From an uncultured Verrucomicrobiae bacterium (GTDB taxonomy: Bacteria > Verrucomicrobiota > Verrucomicrobiia > Limisphaerales > Palsa-1400), in contig CAVXRD010000002.1 in NCBI GenBank assembly GCA_963764165.1, positions 3,328,001 to 3,392,000 of the forward strand: a DNA stretch of 64,000 nt, written 5' to 3'. Each line of letters starts with the position of its first letter. Positions within the stretch are counted from its first letter, which is position 1. Shown here piece by piece: positions 38,950-49,324 of the stretch. The translations under genes were made by a program, and so were the position numbers. The notes beneath the pieces are model-generated. The model saw only the letters and a program-made list of their open reading frames with translations, was not told where the DNA came from and searched no databases.

Positions 38950-41900
38950 ATGACAAAACCCACGCACCATCCGAAATTGGATTTCATCACGTCGAAGCCA
39001 AACCCAACGGCGGGCTGGGCGCGGCGCGATTTCCTAAAAGCCACCGGCGTTGCCCTCAGCGCGCTTGCCTTCCAGCCTTGGCGCGTGATGGCCGGGCCGT
39101 TTGAACGGAAGGATTTTGACCAGCTCGTTCCCGCTGATAAAAAACTTTCCCCAGAATGGGTGAAATCGCTTTTCGCGCGCGGCGAGCCGGAGGTGATTCG
39201 GCACAATTTGAAATTAGTCGGGATGCCGGTCGGCGGGATTGGCGCGGGGCAGCTCTATCTCGGCGGCGACGGGCGGCTGTGGCATTGGGACATTTTCAAC
39301 CAGATCCTCGGGGCGGGCGCGGAACATTACGCCAAACCGATGACGGCATCGTCGCCGCTGACCCAAAAATTCTCTTTGAGCATTGGCGATAAAACTTGCT
39401 CGCTCGACAGCACCGGATTTTCTGATGTTCGTTTTCGCGGCGAATATCCAATTGGCATCGTTGAATACGCGGACCCGGCCATTCCGCTCGCGGTGAAATT
39501 GGAGGCGTTTTCACCGTTCATTCCGTTGAACACGGATGACTCAAGCCTGCCCGCCACAGTGATGCAATTCACAGTTCGAAATGCGTCGAGCAACAAGGTG
39601 AAGGCGGTTTTGACCGGTGAGTTGGAGAACGGTGTTTGCCTGCAAAATCGCTGGCTGGACGGACTGCTGCACACCCGGGTCGCGCATGAGTCCGGATTGA
39701 CGATGATGCTGTATTCCGCCGAGCCGGCGCCCGCGAATCCTTCGAGAAAACCGGACCTTGTTTTTGAGGATTGGAACAAGGACACCTACGAGGGTTGGAC
39801 GGTGGAGGGCACGGCGTTTGGCCACGGCCCTGTCAAAAAGAAGGATATTCCGAGCTACCAAGGGGACGTCGGCGGCGACACAGAACGCGTCGCCAACTCA
39901 CACGCTTCCGCCCCCGCTGACACCGTCGAAACACGTGACAATGCGCTGGGCAAATTGACGAGCCGGGAATTTGTCATCGACCGGAGGTTCGTCCATTTCT
40001 GGATCGGCGGCGGACGCGCGCGGCCAAATTCGCAATTGGGATTGGCGCTAGTCATCGATGGCAAAACCGTCCTTAAAGCGTCCGGGCATGACAGCAACGA
40101 AATGTCGCAGCAGCATTTTGACCTCCGTCCTCTCGCGGGGAAAACCGCCCATTTTGAAATTATAGATGACGCCACGGGCGGCTGGGGGCACACGGGTGTC
40201 GGCAAAATTACTTTCAGCGACAACCCTCCGCAATCTGGCCCGATGCCCGAACTGCCGGACTTCGGCACAATGGCGCTCTCGTTGCTCGGCGCGCCAGCCG
40301 ACGACAGCAGCGCAGACGCAACAGAACCCTTCGAGAAGGGATTGTCCGGTTCACTTGGCCGCAAGCTCACCCTCGTGCCCGGAGCCTCGGCGGTCGTGAC
40401 ATTTCTCATCACCTGGCATTTTCCAAATTTGTCCCTGCCCGGGCCGCTCAAGAAGGCGGGCCAGTATTACGGCACGAAGTTTCCCTCGGCGGATGCGGTC
40501 GCCAAATATGTCTCCTCAAATTTCACCCGGCTCGCGGGCCAGACGAAATTGTGGCGCGACACCTGGTACGATTCCACGCTGCCCTACTGGTTTCTCGATC
40601 GCACGTTTCAGAACACTTCCATTCTCGCGACTTCCACGACGCATCGATTGGCCAATGGCCGCTACTACGGATGGGAGGGCGTGGGCTGCTGCGATGGAAC
40701 GTGCGGGCACGTTTATCACTACGCCCACGCGACGGCGCGATTGTTTCCCGACCTGGAGCGCGGCACGCGCGAGCACATTGATTTCGGCGCCTCGATTCAG
40801 CCCGACGGCGCTATTTTCTTTCGCGGCGAGTTCAACGATTTCCCGGCCGTCGACGGCCAGTCTGGCACGATCCTTCGCGCGCTGCGCGAGCATCAAATGT
40901 CGGCTGACTCGCATTTCATCGAGCGCACGTGGCCGAAAATAAAATTGGCGACGCAATGGCTGATCGCCAAGGACGCCAACAACGACGGCATCATCGAGGG
41001 CAATCAGCACAATACGCTTGACACGGATTGGTTTGGGCCGGTGGCGTGGCTGAGTGGATTGTATCTGGCCGCGCTGGAGGGCGCTGCGGCGATGGCGGAT
41101 GAAATCGGCGACTCCGCCTTTGCCGCGCAATGCCGGAGCATCCTGTCCGCCGGACGAAAAAATATCGTCAGCCGTCTGTATAACGGAGAATATTTCATCA
41201 ACCGCGTCGATCCAAAGCATTTGGATGCCATCAATTCCGGCACCGGCTGCGAAATCGACCAGGTCTTCGGGCAGAGCTGGGCCTTTCAAGTGGGCTTGCC
41301 GCGGGTGTTTCCGAAAAAGGAAACGGTTTCCGCGCTCAAGTCGATTTGGCGCTGCAATTTTACGCCGGACGCCGGGCACTATCGCGACACTTACAAATCA
41401 GGCCGCTGGTACGCGATGGCTGGCGAGGCCGGGCTGCTGATGTGCACGTTTCCCCAGAGCGATTGGGATTATGCGCAGGCCAGGGGAAAAGGGGGAGTCG
41501 AATGGGCTGCGGGCTATTTCAACGAATGCATGAACGGCTTCGAGTACCAAGCCGCCGGCCACATGATTTGGGAGGGGTTGACGCTTGAAGGTCTCGCCGT
41601 GACACGCGCTGTCCATGACCGTTACAACGCCTCGCGAAGAAATCCGTGGAATGAAATCGAGTGCGGCGATCATTACGCGCGCAGCATGGCCAGCTACGGA
41701 GTGTATCTCGCCGCGTGCGGCTTTGAATATCACGGGCCGAAGCAGCACATCGGTTTCGCTCCGCGCCTCACGCCGGAAAATTTCAAGTGCGCTTTCACCA
41801 GTGCGGAAGGTTGGGGAGCTTTTTCTCAAACCATCGAGAAAGCGGATTGCAGAGCGGAAATCCTCGTGCAGTGGGGAACGGTGAAACTCAAGACAATTGC

Positions 41901-42486
41901 GCTTTCGCTGCCGCCTCACGTGAACAATCATCTTGACGTCACTTTGCTTGAGCCATTGCCTCATGCCAGGATGCGGCGCGACGGCGAACGAGTCGTCATC
42001 ACCCTCGAAAAAGCGGTCGAAATCCACGCTGGGCAATCGTTAAAAATTCAATTCGGTCACAAAAAGAAAAACGATATGAAATCCAATGACACAGCCATCA
42101 TTGAAGCGTTCGTTGCGGCCATCAACAAGCATGACCCGGCGGCGATCGCGAGCCTGATGACAGACGATCACACATTTATCGATTCGGCCGGGACGCCCCA
42201 TGTTGGGCGCGACACCATGACCCAGGGATGGAAGGGCTACTTTGCGATGTTCCCCGATTACGAGATACACGTCGAACGCGTGCTGGCCGACAAATCGGTC
42301 GTGGCCGTTTTCGGCTCGGCCGCCGGGACCTACAACGGCAAACGCGGATTGGTCTCTGACAACCGAATTGCCATGCCCGCCGCCTGGCGCGCGTTGATTG
42401 AAAATGGAAAAGTAAAACTGTGGCAAGTTTACGCGGACTGGACGGACGGCTGGAAAATCATCGAGAAAGACAAGGCATCAAGCTGA
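38950..42486 (+). CDS. Tat-exported GH116-family glycoside hydrolase, in frame with a C-terminal SnoaL/NTF2-like domain (ATG 42076)
   Basis: ARRDFLK Tat signal; GMPVGGIGAG, F.GEYP, AFSPFIP....SSLP, WEG, HNTLD, DQ.FGQ, RNPWNEIECG.HYARSMAS. Tail: F..AIN.HD......L.TDD..F.D. Confidence 0.85.
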   Translation: MTKPTHHPKLDFITSKPNPTAGWARRDFLKATGVALSALAFQPWRVMAGPFERKDFDQLVPADKKLSPEWVKSLFARGEPEVIRHNLKLVGMPVGGIGAGQLYLGGDGRLWHWDIFNQILGAGAEHYAKPMTASSPLTQKFSLSIGDKTCSLDSTGFSDVRFRGEYPIGIVEYADPAIPLAVKLEAFSPFIPLNTDDSSLPATVMQFTVRNASSNKVKAVLTGELENGVCLQNRWLDGLLHTRVAHESGLTMMLYSAEPAPANPSRKPDLVFEDWNKDTYEGWTVEGTAFGHGPVKKKDIPSYQGDVGGDTERVANSHASAPADTVETRDNALGKLTSREFVIDRRFVHFWIGGGRARPNSQLGLALVIDGKTVLKASGHDSNEMSQQHFDLRPLAGKTAHFEIIDDATGGWGHTGVGKITFSDNPPQSGPMPELPDFGTMALSLLGAPADDSSADATEPFEKGLSGSLGRKLTLVPGASAVVTFLITWHFPNLSLPGPLKKAGQYYGTKFPSADAVAKYVSSNFTRLAGQTKLWRDTWYDSTLPYWFLDRTFQNTSILATSTTHRLANGRYYGWEGVGCCDGTCGHVYHYAHATARLFPDLERGTREHIDFGASIQPDGAIFFRGEFNDFPAVDGQSGTILRALREHQMSADSHFIERTWPKIKLATQWLIAKDANNDGIIEGNQHNTLDTDWFGPVAWLSGLYLAALEGAAAMADEIGDSAFAAQCRSILSAGRKNIVSRLYNGEYFINRVDPKHLDAINSGTGCEIDQVFGQSWAFQVGLPRVFPKKETVSALKSIWRCNFTPDAGHYRDTYKSGRWYAMAGEAGLLMCTFPQSDWDYAQARGKGGVEWAAGYFNECMNGFEYQAAGHMIWEGLTLEGLAVTRAVHDRYNASRRNPWNEIECGDHYARSMASYGVYLAACGFEYHGPKQHIGFAPRLTPENFKCAFTSAEGWGAFSQTIEKADCRAEILVQWGTVKLKTIALSLPPHVNNHLDVTLLEPLPHARMRRDGERVVITLEKAVEIHAGQSLKIQFGHKKKNDMKSNDTAIIEAFVAAINKHDPAAIASLMTDDHTFIDSAGTPHVGRDTMTQGWKGYFAMFPDYEIHVERVLADKSVVAVFGSAAGTYNGKRGLVSDNRIAMPAAWRALIENGKVKLWQVYADWTDGWKIIEKDKASS

Positions 42487-42665
42487 GCCGCTTGGGTGGC
42501 GAATATCGTTTGGACGCCGGGGCGGCATCTTCCGAGTGCGCGCAACGCGGATGCGGCTTGCGAGGCTTTGATTTCCGAGAGCGGCGTCCACAAAACACCG
42601 CGGCTCTGGCGCTGCCGGGATGAGGCGCAGCGCGCGCCCCGCCGAGCTTTCCCGCGCCGGCCAGA

Positions 42666-43727
42666 CTACTTGACTGGCGCCGCCATGGCGCCCGCGGCCG
42701 GCAGGTTGTAGGCGGGGTCGAGAATTTTCACGTCGGCGTCGGATTTAATTTTTCTCAAGTAGTCAGGGAGCACCTTTTCAGCGGCTTGCTCGATAAGATA
42801 ACCGCGGATGTCAGGCTCGGCTTTGGCATAATCGACCGTGCTGGCGGGGGTTTTCTCGAGGAGCTTGATGATATGGTAGCCAAACTTCGTTTCAACCAGA
42901 TCGCTGATTTGGTTGGTTTTCATGGAAAATGCGGCTGCCTCAAACTCCGGCACCATCTGGCCGCGGGTGAAATCATATTCGCCCCCCTTGCTCTTGGAGC
43001 CAGGGTCATCCGAATATTTCATGACCAGCGCCGCGAAATCCTCGCCCTTTTGCGCCCGGGCTTCGATCTCCTTGGCCAATTTCAATTTGTCCTTTTTCAC
43101 ATCCGGCGGAAGGGGCTGCTGGGTCGCCGGATCCAAGGTGCCGATCAGGATGTGGGCGGCTTTGACATGCTCCGCAATTTTAAATTTCTCCGGGTAATCC
43201 GCGTAGAATTTCTTGACGTCCTCGTCCGGTATCACGATGCCATTGGTGGTGTCATGCACGAGCACGCGGCGGCATACCTGCTCCTCAAACATTTTGTTGA
43301 CCACCTGGTCGTAAGTCATGCCGGTGGCTTTGATCTCCAGGTCAAACGCCTCCTGGCTGCCGGCCCGCTGGCGCGCGTCGGCGATGTCGTCGTCCACCTT
43401 TTTCTTGATGGCGGCCTTGTCGCTCTCGCCGGCCTTCTTGATCAGAATATTGTTGACGATGATATGGTCCAGCAGCTTCGCGCGGACGGTCGGCTTGTCC
43501 GCCTCGGGAATGGAGCGGCCCGCCGAGGCGACATTGGCGTTATAATTGACAAACGCCTCGTCCACCTGGCTGCGCTTGACCTCGAAACCTTTGCCGGTGG
43601 CAAGGACAGGATCGGTGAACAGGGCTGCATCGTTCGTCGGCGCGGCTTGAACCGAGGCGGGAAATTGCAGCAGCGCGGAAAGAAGAAGCGCCGGAACAGC
43701 CGGCGATTTGAATAAACGGATCATCAT
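42666..43727 (-). CDS. Parvulin-type peptidyl-prolyl isomerase (PrsA/SurA-like)
   Basis: Signal peptide; V.A.HILI, GEDFA.L...YSDD.GS...GG, GQMVPEFE.AAF, VET.FGYHII. Confidence 0.92.
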   Translation of the reverse strand: MMIRLFKSPAVPALLLSALLQFPASVQAAPTNDAALFTDPVLATGKGFEVKRSQVDEAFVNYNANVASAGRSIPEADKPTVRAKLLDHIIVNNILIKKAGESDKAAIKKKVDDDIADARQRAGSQEAFDLEIKATGMTYDQVVNKMFEEQVCRRVLVHDTTNGIVIPDEDVKKFYADYPEKFKIAEHVKAAHILIGTLDPATQQPLPPDVKKDKLKLAKEIEARAQKGEDFAALVMKYSDDPGSKSKGGEYDFTRGQMVPEFEAAAFSMKTNQISDLVETKFGYHIIKLLEKTPASTVDYAKAEPDIRGYLIEQAAEKVLPDYLRKIKSDADVKILDPAYNLPAAGAMAAPVK

Positions 43728-43760
43728 ATTCTATAGGTTCTTTGCAAAGTTAAGCTTGAA

Positions 43761-45356
43761 TTAAAGTTTTACCACCCGGACATTGCCGATGTCAGGATCC
43801 TTCTGGACTTCCTCCACCAGGGCAGCGGGCGGAACGCTGTCCAGGTTCAGCACAGTCAGGGCGCGGCCGCCGGCTTTGTCGCGGCCGAGGCTCATGCTGG
43901 CGATGTTTACATTATGCTTGCCCATCACAGTTCCAATGTATCCCACGATGCCCGGACGGTCGCGGTTCGTCATTAAAAATAAAACCCCTTCCGGAACAAT
44001 CTCCACCGGCTGCCCGTTGAGCCGGACAATGCGCGGCTGGTTCTTCGCGCCGAACACACTGCCTCCGGCGGAAGTGCGCTCGGCCCCGGAATACACCGCC
44101 ACATGCAGCCATTCGTTGAAATCCGTCTCTTCGCTCGACTTGATTTCCTTCACGTCAATTCCCAGCGCGGCGGCCATGGCCAAGACGTTGACTTGGTTGA
44201 CCTCCTTGCCGCCGGCCAGTTCGAGAAAACCCTTCAAGACGGCGCGGGTGATCGGATCGGCCGGCCATTGCTGGGCCTTGCCGCCGTAGGTAATCTCGAT
44301 GCGGTCGTTGCGGCGCGGCGCAAGCTGTGCGGTGATGCGGCCTAATTTTTCCCCGAGCGTCACAAATGGCTTGATGGCCGCGAACGTCTGGGCATCGAGA
44401 TTCGGCAAGTTGACGGCGTTGCGAACAGCGCCGCTGATGAGAAAATCCGTAATGGCCTCGGCCACTTCAATGCCGACGTTTTCCTGCGCCTCCTCCGTGC
44501 TGGCGCCGAGGTGCGGCGTCATGACGACTTGCGGGAGAGCGCGAAGATCGAAATCAGCGGCGGGCGGCTCGGTCTCGTAGACGTCCAGCGCGGCCCCGCC
44601 AATTTTGCCTTCCTGAATTGCGGTGAACAAATCCGCTTCGTTGATGATGCCGCCGCGGGCGCAATTCAAAATGCGCGCTCCCTTCTTCATTTTCGCAAAG
44701 GCGGCGGCGTTGACCATCCCTTTGGTTTCCTCCGTCATAGGCATGTGAACCGTGATGAAATCGGCGACCGCGTAAACTTCCTCGACATGCTCCTTGAGAT
44801 CGACTTGCAGTGCTTTGGCGCGGGCGAGAGAAAGATAAGGATCGTAAGCAACCACTTTCATGCCGAAGGCGAGCGCGCGCTTGGCGACTTCGCCGCCGAT
44901 GCGGCCCATGCCGAGAATGCCGAGCGTTTTGTTGAGGAGTTCGGTGCCTTGAAATTCCTTGCGGCTCCATTTGCCTTCCTTCATGGACATGTGGGCCTGC
45001 GGAATCTTCCGCGCCACCGCCATCAGCATGGAAAAGGTCAGCTCGGCAGTGGAAATCGTGTTTCCGCCCGGCGTGTTCATGACCACGATGCCGCGCTGGG
45101 TGGCGGCTTCGACATCCACATTGTCCACCCCGACGCCCGCGCGGCCGACGACGCGCAAGTGGGGAGCGGCCTCGATGACGGCTTTGGAAATCTTGGTTTC
45201 GGAGCGCACGACCATGGCGTGGACATCCTTGACCATCGCCAAAAGCTCCGACTCGGGAGTCTTTTGCTTCAGCACCGTCACGTTAAATTCAGACCGCTGC
45301 TGCAACATCGCAATGCCCTTAGGCGAAATCGGATCACAAACCAATACGTTCATCAT
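43761..45356 (-). CDS. serA: D-3-phosphoglycerate dehydrogenase (long form with ACT domain)
   Basis: VRS.TK, GRAGVGVDN, G.GRIG, NCARGG, TPHLGAST.EAQ, D.PG..G.IG...NIA.M. Confidence 0.96.
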   Translation of the reverse strand: MMNVLVCDPISPKGIAMLQQRSEFNVTVLKQKTPESELLAMVKDVHAMVVRSETKISKAVIEAAPHLRVVGRAGVGVDNVDVEAATQRGIVVMNTPGGNTISTAELTFSMLMAVARKIPQAHMSMKEGKWSRKEFQGTELLNKTLGILGMGRIGGEVAKRALAFGMKVVAYDPYLSLARAKALQVDLKEHVEEVYAVADFITVHMPMTEETKGMVNAAAFAKMKKGARILNCARGGIINEADLFTAIQEGKIGGAALDVYETEPPAADFDLRALPQVVMTPHLGASTEEAQENVGIEVAEAITDFLISGAVRNAVNLPNLDAQTFAAIKPFVTLGEKLGRITAQLAPRRNDRIEITYGGKAQQWPADPITRAVLKGFLELAGGKEVNQVNVLAMAAALGIDVKEIKSSEETDFNEWLHVAVYSGAERTSAGGSVFGAKNQPRIVRLNGQPVEIVPEGVLFLMTNRDRPGIVGYIGTVMGKHNVNIASMSLGRDKAGGRALTVLNLDSVPPAALVEEVQKDPDIGNVRVVKL

Positions 45357-45609
45357 AAATTGGTTTGCCAATCTATGCCGCGGGTTCAGCGGGGTCAATA
45401 AAATCGCCGCAGCGAAAAGGCGCGAAAGGCAGGGACGCCTCTGGGAAGCGGAACTTCCGCCCGAGGCGTCCGGTGACGCGGGATCAATGCCAAAGCGTTC
45501 GAGTGAACACCTCAATCCAGACGCCTCGTTTATCGCGCCGAAGCTTTAGCGAAGGCTGGACCGAGGCGTTACCCCAAAAGCGACAACGACAATTTGCCGG
45601 AACGGTCTT

Positions 45610-45679
45610 AACAGAAGGAAAAGAAGCGAACGAAGCCGCCATGAGCCGCCCTCCTTCGTTTGCTTTGTTTCCTTCTGTT
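45610..45679. repeat. Palindromic intergenic element (aacagaagg/ccttctgtt arms)
   Basis: aacagaaggaaaagaagcgaacgaag ... cttcgtttgctttgtttccttctgtt. Confidence 0.6.
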
Positions 45680-45767
45680 GGTTCTTCATTGGATGTGCAT
45701 GTAATCTCCAAAAACCCGTTAGGCTTCTTGGTGTTCATTTGCTTGGCGCAATCCATTTCAGTGGCCG

Positions 45768-46829
45768 CTAATTATCCAACTTCAATTTCGGACGGTGCCA
45801 GAGGTATTTGCCCTCGACAGATTTTTGCGGGGTCACACCCATCATGCGCCGCGCTTCGCCGATGACGTAATCCCACTGCAATGCCGGGCCTGGGTCGACT
45901 TTGTTCGTTTGCACGTGATAGTGGCCAAGGATGCCGTGGTAATTGGCGTAAGCCTCCGGCGAAAGGGTGTGGGTCATCAGTGCGCCGTCGGCCTCGCGCG
46001 GATAATCGCAGGTGAGGTTTGGGAATACGGTGCAGAGCGTGGCGGTCAATTTCACCAGCGCGTGATATTGCTGGGGGGTGAAATCGTATTGGCTCATCTC
46101 GCGCCCCTGCACCGTGCCCACGACCATGTCGCGGCGGGCCGGGCGGCCGACAAAATTCGCGGTGCGTTCCGGATTGGGTCCGGCGGCTTCCGGAATAGTG
46201 ATGACGGTGCGGCCGTCGTCCTCTTTTTTATACCACTTGGATAGCGGGCTTCTTTCGGTGGAACTGTAGGAACCCATGTTGGCGATTTCAATGCCGACCG
46301 AACGCGAATTGGCGATGGTGGCCTGGCGGGCGCGTTCTTTCAGGTCAAGCGTCTGATAAAGCGTGCCGTCGAGGTCGAGCATGAAGTGGACGCTTAGATC
46401 GCGATTGTCCTGCAAAACCTTGAAGCAGGTGCGGGAGATGCCGGCCACGTCAAAATGAATGACGAATTGGTCGACGTTGGATTGCAGCGTCGGCAAATCC
46501 CAGCCGCCGCCGCGGATGCGCTCGATTGTCGCGGCATCGAAATTCCGGTTGCGCATGTCGTAACGATTGGGGGAACGCGGGGAGTCCAAGTTGGTTTGCG
46601 AGTCTTTGAAGCTGGCGTTGGTGAAGGGGCCAAAGCGGCGTTCAACGCGATAAGCATCGTAGCCACCTGGATCCATCCAAAGCACGACAGGTGTGCCGGT
46701 GTGGAAAAATTGCCCTGCCACGACAATCTCGTCGCCCGAGCGTTTCTCCAGGGTTCCCGGAGTGTGGCACAAACAGCCGGTCATCAAAACCGGCGCCAGC
46801 AGGAAAAGACAAAAGCGTTTCAGCAGCAT
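45768..46829 (-). CDS. N-acetylmuramoyl-L-alanine amidase (Amidase_2) lipoprotein
   Basis: MTGC lipobox; FVIH, SVHF..D.DG..YQ, N.RSVGIE, GH......K.DPG. Confidence 0.85.
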   Translation of the reverse strand: MLLKRFCLFLLAPVLMTGCLCHTPGTLEKRSGDEIVVAGQFFHTGTPVVLWMDPGGYDAYRVERRFGPFTNASFKDSQTNLDSPRSPNRYDMRNRNFDAATIERIRGGGWDLPTLQSNVDQFVIHFDVAGISRTCFKVLQDNRDLSVHFMLDLDGTLYQTLDLKERARQATIANSRSVGIEIANMGSYSSTERSPLSKWYKKEDDGRTVITIPEAAGPNPERTANFVGRPARRDMVVGTVQGREMSQYDFTPQQYHALVKLTATLCTVFPNLTCDYPREADGALMTHTLSPEAYANYHGILGHYHVQTNKVDPGPALQWDYVIGEARRMMGVTPQKSVEGKYLWHRPKLKLDN

Positions 46830-47077
46830 CCAGTTATTTGCAAGGATGGCGCACGCGGGTCAAGCGCGGAATGGGAGTGAGGCAAAATTCGGGCGCCGGA
46901 CAAAATCAGCCCGCCAGAGGCGGGACGCCTTTGCCACCGCCGATGACCCCAGCGGCATGAAGAAATTCGTCACACTCCCGGGTGGAAGCGGGATTTTTTG
47001 CGTCTTGATATGATTCTCCAAATGCGGGAGATTTATGCCCCGTTCAATGTCTGCGTTTTGATGATCACATTTTTATT

Positions 47078-47317
47078 ATGAGCGATCCTGTTGTTTGCCA
47101 GAAGTTTCCCATGGTGCAAAACGTGGAACCCGGCGATTATTGGTGGTGTTCCTGCGGGAAGTCCGCCACCCAGCCGTTTTGCGATGGGTCGCACAAAGGA
47201 TCCTCGTTTGCGCCGGTCAAAGTGACGATTGATGCGGCCAGGACCGCCGCCTGGTGCGCCTGCAAGCATTCGCAGAACAAGCCCTTTTGCGACGGCAGCC
47301 ACAGCCGTTTGCCGTAG
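47078..47317 (+). CDS. CDGSH iron-sulfur protein with two CDGSH motifs
   Basis: WC.CG.S..QPFCDGSH and WC.CK.S.NKPFCDGSH. Confidence 0.95.
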   Translation: MSDPVVCQKFPMVQNVEPGDYWWCSCGKSATQPFCDGSHKGSSFAPVKVTIDAARTAAWCACKHSQNKPFCDGSHSRLP

Positions 47318-47320
47318 CTC

Positions 47321-48151
47321 ATGACGCACGATATGCGACCGGCATTCGGCAGAGCGAGGCTCCTGCCGAGCCATCTTGACACACGAGGCATGGCTCGGCG
47401 GAAGCCTTGCCCTGCCGCGCCTCCGGCGTGCGGTTACCCATCCGCGTTCACGCTGATTGAGCTGCTCGTTGTCATCGCGATCATCGCCATTCTTGCCGCG
47501 CTTTTGCTGCCCGCCCTGGCGCGGTCCAAAGAGGAAGCCAAGCGCGCCCAATGCTCGAGCAACCAGCACCAAATCTCGCTCGGCTGGATCATGTATGCCG
47601 ACGATAGCGGCGACTGGTATCCGTGGATGCGCGGCTGGGCCGCCGCCGGAGGGCAGAAAGGCACCTACAATCTTGATAGCTACGTGGAAGAGTCCTTTGG
47701 GGTGACGACCCTTCCGGCGAATCGCCCGCTCAATCGATATGTCCCCAGCATTTCGGCCTGGCAATGCCCCTCCGACAAGGGAGACGCCAATTACGGCGCA
47801 GTTAATTGCTTCCTGGGATACGGCAACAGCTATTGCCCGGAGCACGTTTTCGATGTTTGGCGGGTGGCGCACATCACGGCGGACCTGGACGATAGCTGGG
47901 ATAACGGCGCGGTGCCGATCAAGGGCCGGGAGATCGCCAAAAGCCCTGTCAATAAAATTATTCAAGGTGACTGGGAGTGGGAAAACCAGAGCTACAATAT
48001 CACCACCAATGCGGGCTGGCATAACTTCAAGGGGCAGCGGCGGTATAACATGCTCTTTGGCGATGGGCACGTGGCATTTTATTTATTTCCAACCAATACG
48101 CCATCTTTCCAGGACGGCCCGGCGCCAACATCCACGTTTATTTATTGGTGA
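47321..48151 (+). CDS. Prepilin-type N-terminal cleavage/methylation protein with C-terminal H-X9-DG-like motif (start uncertain)
   Basis: [34 protein letters not shown]......NMLFGDGHV. Confidence 0.9.
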   Translation: MTHDMRPAFGRARLLPSHLDTRGMARRKPCPAAPPACGYPSAFTLIELLVVIAIIAILAALLLPALARSKEEAKRAQCSSNQHQISLGWIMYADDSGDWYPWMRGWAAAGGQKGTYNLDSYVEESFGVTTLPANRPLNRYVPSISAWQCPSDKGDANYGAVNCFLGYGNSYCPEHVFDVWRVAHITADLDDSWDNGAVPIKGREIAKSPVNKIIQGDWEWENQSYNITTNAGWHNFKGQRRYNMLFGDGHVAFYLFPTNTPSFQDGPAPTSTFIYW

Positions 48152-48167
48152 TGCTTGCGGGGCGGTT

Positions 48168-49298
48168 TCACTCCCGTTTCTTAATCAGGAAGAGAAACTC
48201 CTTGTTCGGCGCCTCCGCCTCTTGAACCCATTCGTTGGTCCAGCGCATGCCCGCCATGACGTTTCGCCGATAATCGATTTCCACCGTTTCCCGAACCGTC
48301 CCGACTTTCCGGAAAACGTCATTCAATTCTTCAGCCGTGGCGCGTCCGCCGGAGCTGTAGGAAAGCACGATGTGCCGGGCGCGGGCATTCCGCAGCAGGC
48401 GCTCTACCGCTTCCACGGCGACGAACCGCCCCGCCTCGTTTTTTCGGAAATCCTCGAAGGGCGAGCCGGCGGCCAAATCAGAACTGTCGGCGCGCCGGTT
48501 TGCTTTTCCGAACACCGCTGGCTTGTCATTCAAGCAAACCGTTTTCCACAGGTGATAATACGCCGCGTAGCGCACCCGGCTGGCCGGCATCTTTTTGTTG
48601 TTCGAACCGTAGGGAGGATCGAAATAGGCGAGATCGGCCTCAACTTCCGGGAGCAGCGAAAAAATATCTGATTGATAAACCGCGCTCCCTTCCGCGGGCG
48701 GAATGAAATTCGGAAGCCCCAATTGGATCTCACGGAAAGACCGCGGAGACCAGCGGCTCAAATACGAGGCGTGATGCCCCACCGTGCTGTCGACCGCGTC
48801 CAGCGCCAGGATCAGACTTGTCAAGAGAACGCACTTCTCGACCTCCGAGAGCGGCATCCGCTCCATTTCTTCGCGCATGGAGTCGAGGCGGCGCGTGTTG
48901 TGGATTTGCCATGGTCGTTTCGCGTCGGCGGGCCGCGGCGATTCATTTTGCGAAGATGCGCCGCCGTAATGTTCCGTAAACCAGCCATCGCGCCCCGGCA
49001 GCGCGTTGAGATGTCTGATCATGGGAGCGTAATGTTCGGCCGGACGCGCGTTGAGCAGATAGCAAGTCCCGAAAACCTTCGACCACACGGCAACATCATT
49101 CGCCACCACGGAATAACCCGCCCGCGCCAGCGCCTGGGCGACGCGGGTTGTCCCAGAAAAGCCGTCCAGGACAGTTTTAGGTTTGACCTTTGCGACCAGT
49201 TGAAGAATCGCCGGGAGCAATCGCAGCTTTGAGCCGGCATACTTGATGCCTTCGGTGACGGGCGCGGCGCCATTAAAATTGCCAGCAAATGTTTGCAT
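48168..49298 (-). CDS. DNA adenine methyltransferase (D12 class-like), no adjacent restriction gene
   Basis: KYAGSK..L, LDGFSGT..V, ND (SAM binding) and YFDPPY catalytic motif. Confidence 0.88.
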   Translation of the reverse strand: MQTFAGNFNGAAPVTEGIKYAGSKLRLLPAILQLVAKVKPKTVLDGFSGTTRVAQALARAGYSVVANDVAVWSKVFGTCYLLNARPAEHYAPMIRHLNALPGRDGWFTEHYGGASSQNESPRPADAKRPWQIHNTRRLDSMREEMERMPLSEVEKCVLLTSLILALDAVDSTVGHHASYLSRWSPRSFREIQLGLPNFIPPAEGSAVYQSDIFSLLPEVEADLAYFDPPYGSNNKKMPASRVRYAAYYHLWKTVCLNDKPAVFGKANRRADSSDLAAGSPFEDFRKNEAGRFVAVEAVERLLRNARARHIVLSYSSGGRATAEELNDVFRKVGTVRETVEIDYRRNVMAGMRWTNEWVQEAEAPNKEFLFLIKKRE

Positions 49299-49324
49299 CC
49301 TGGCCCCCGCCGCGCTGCTCCAAA

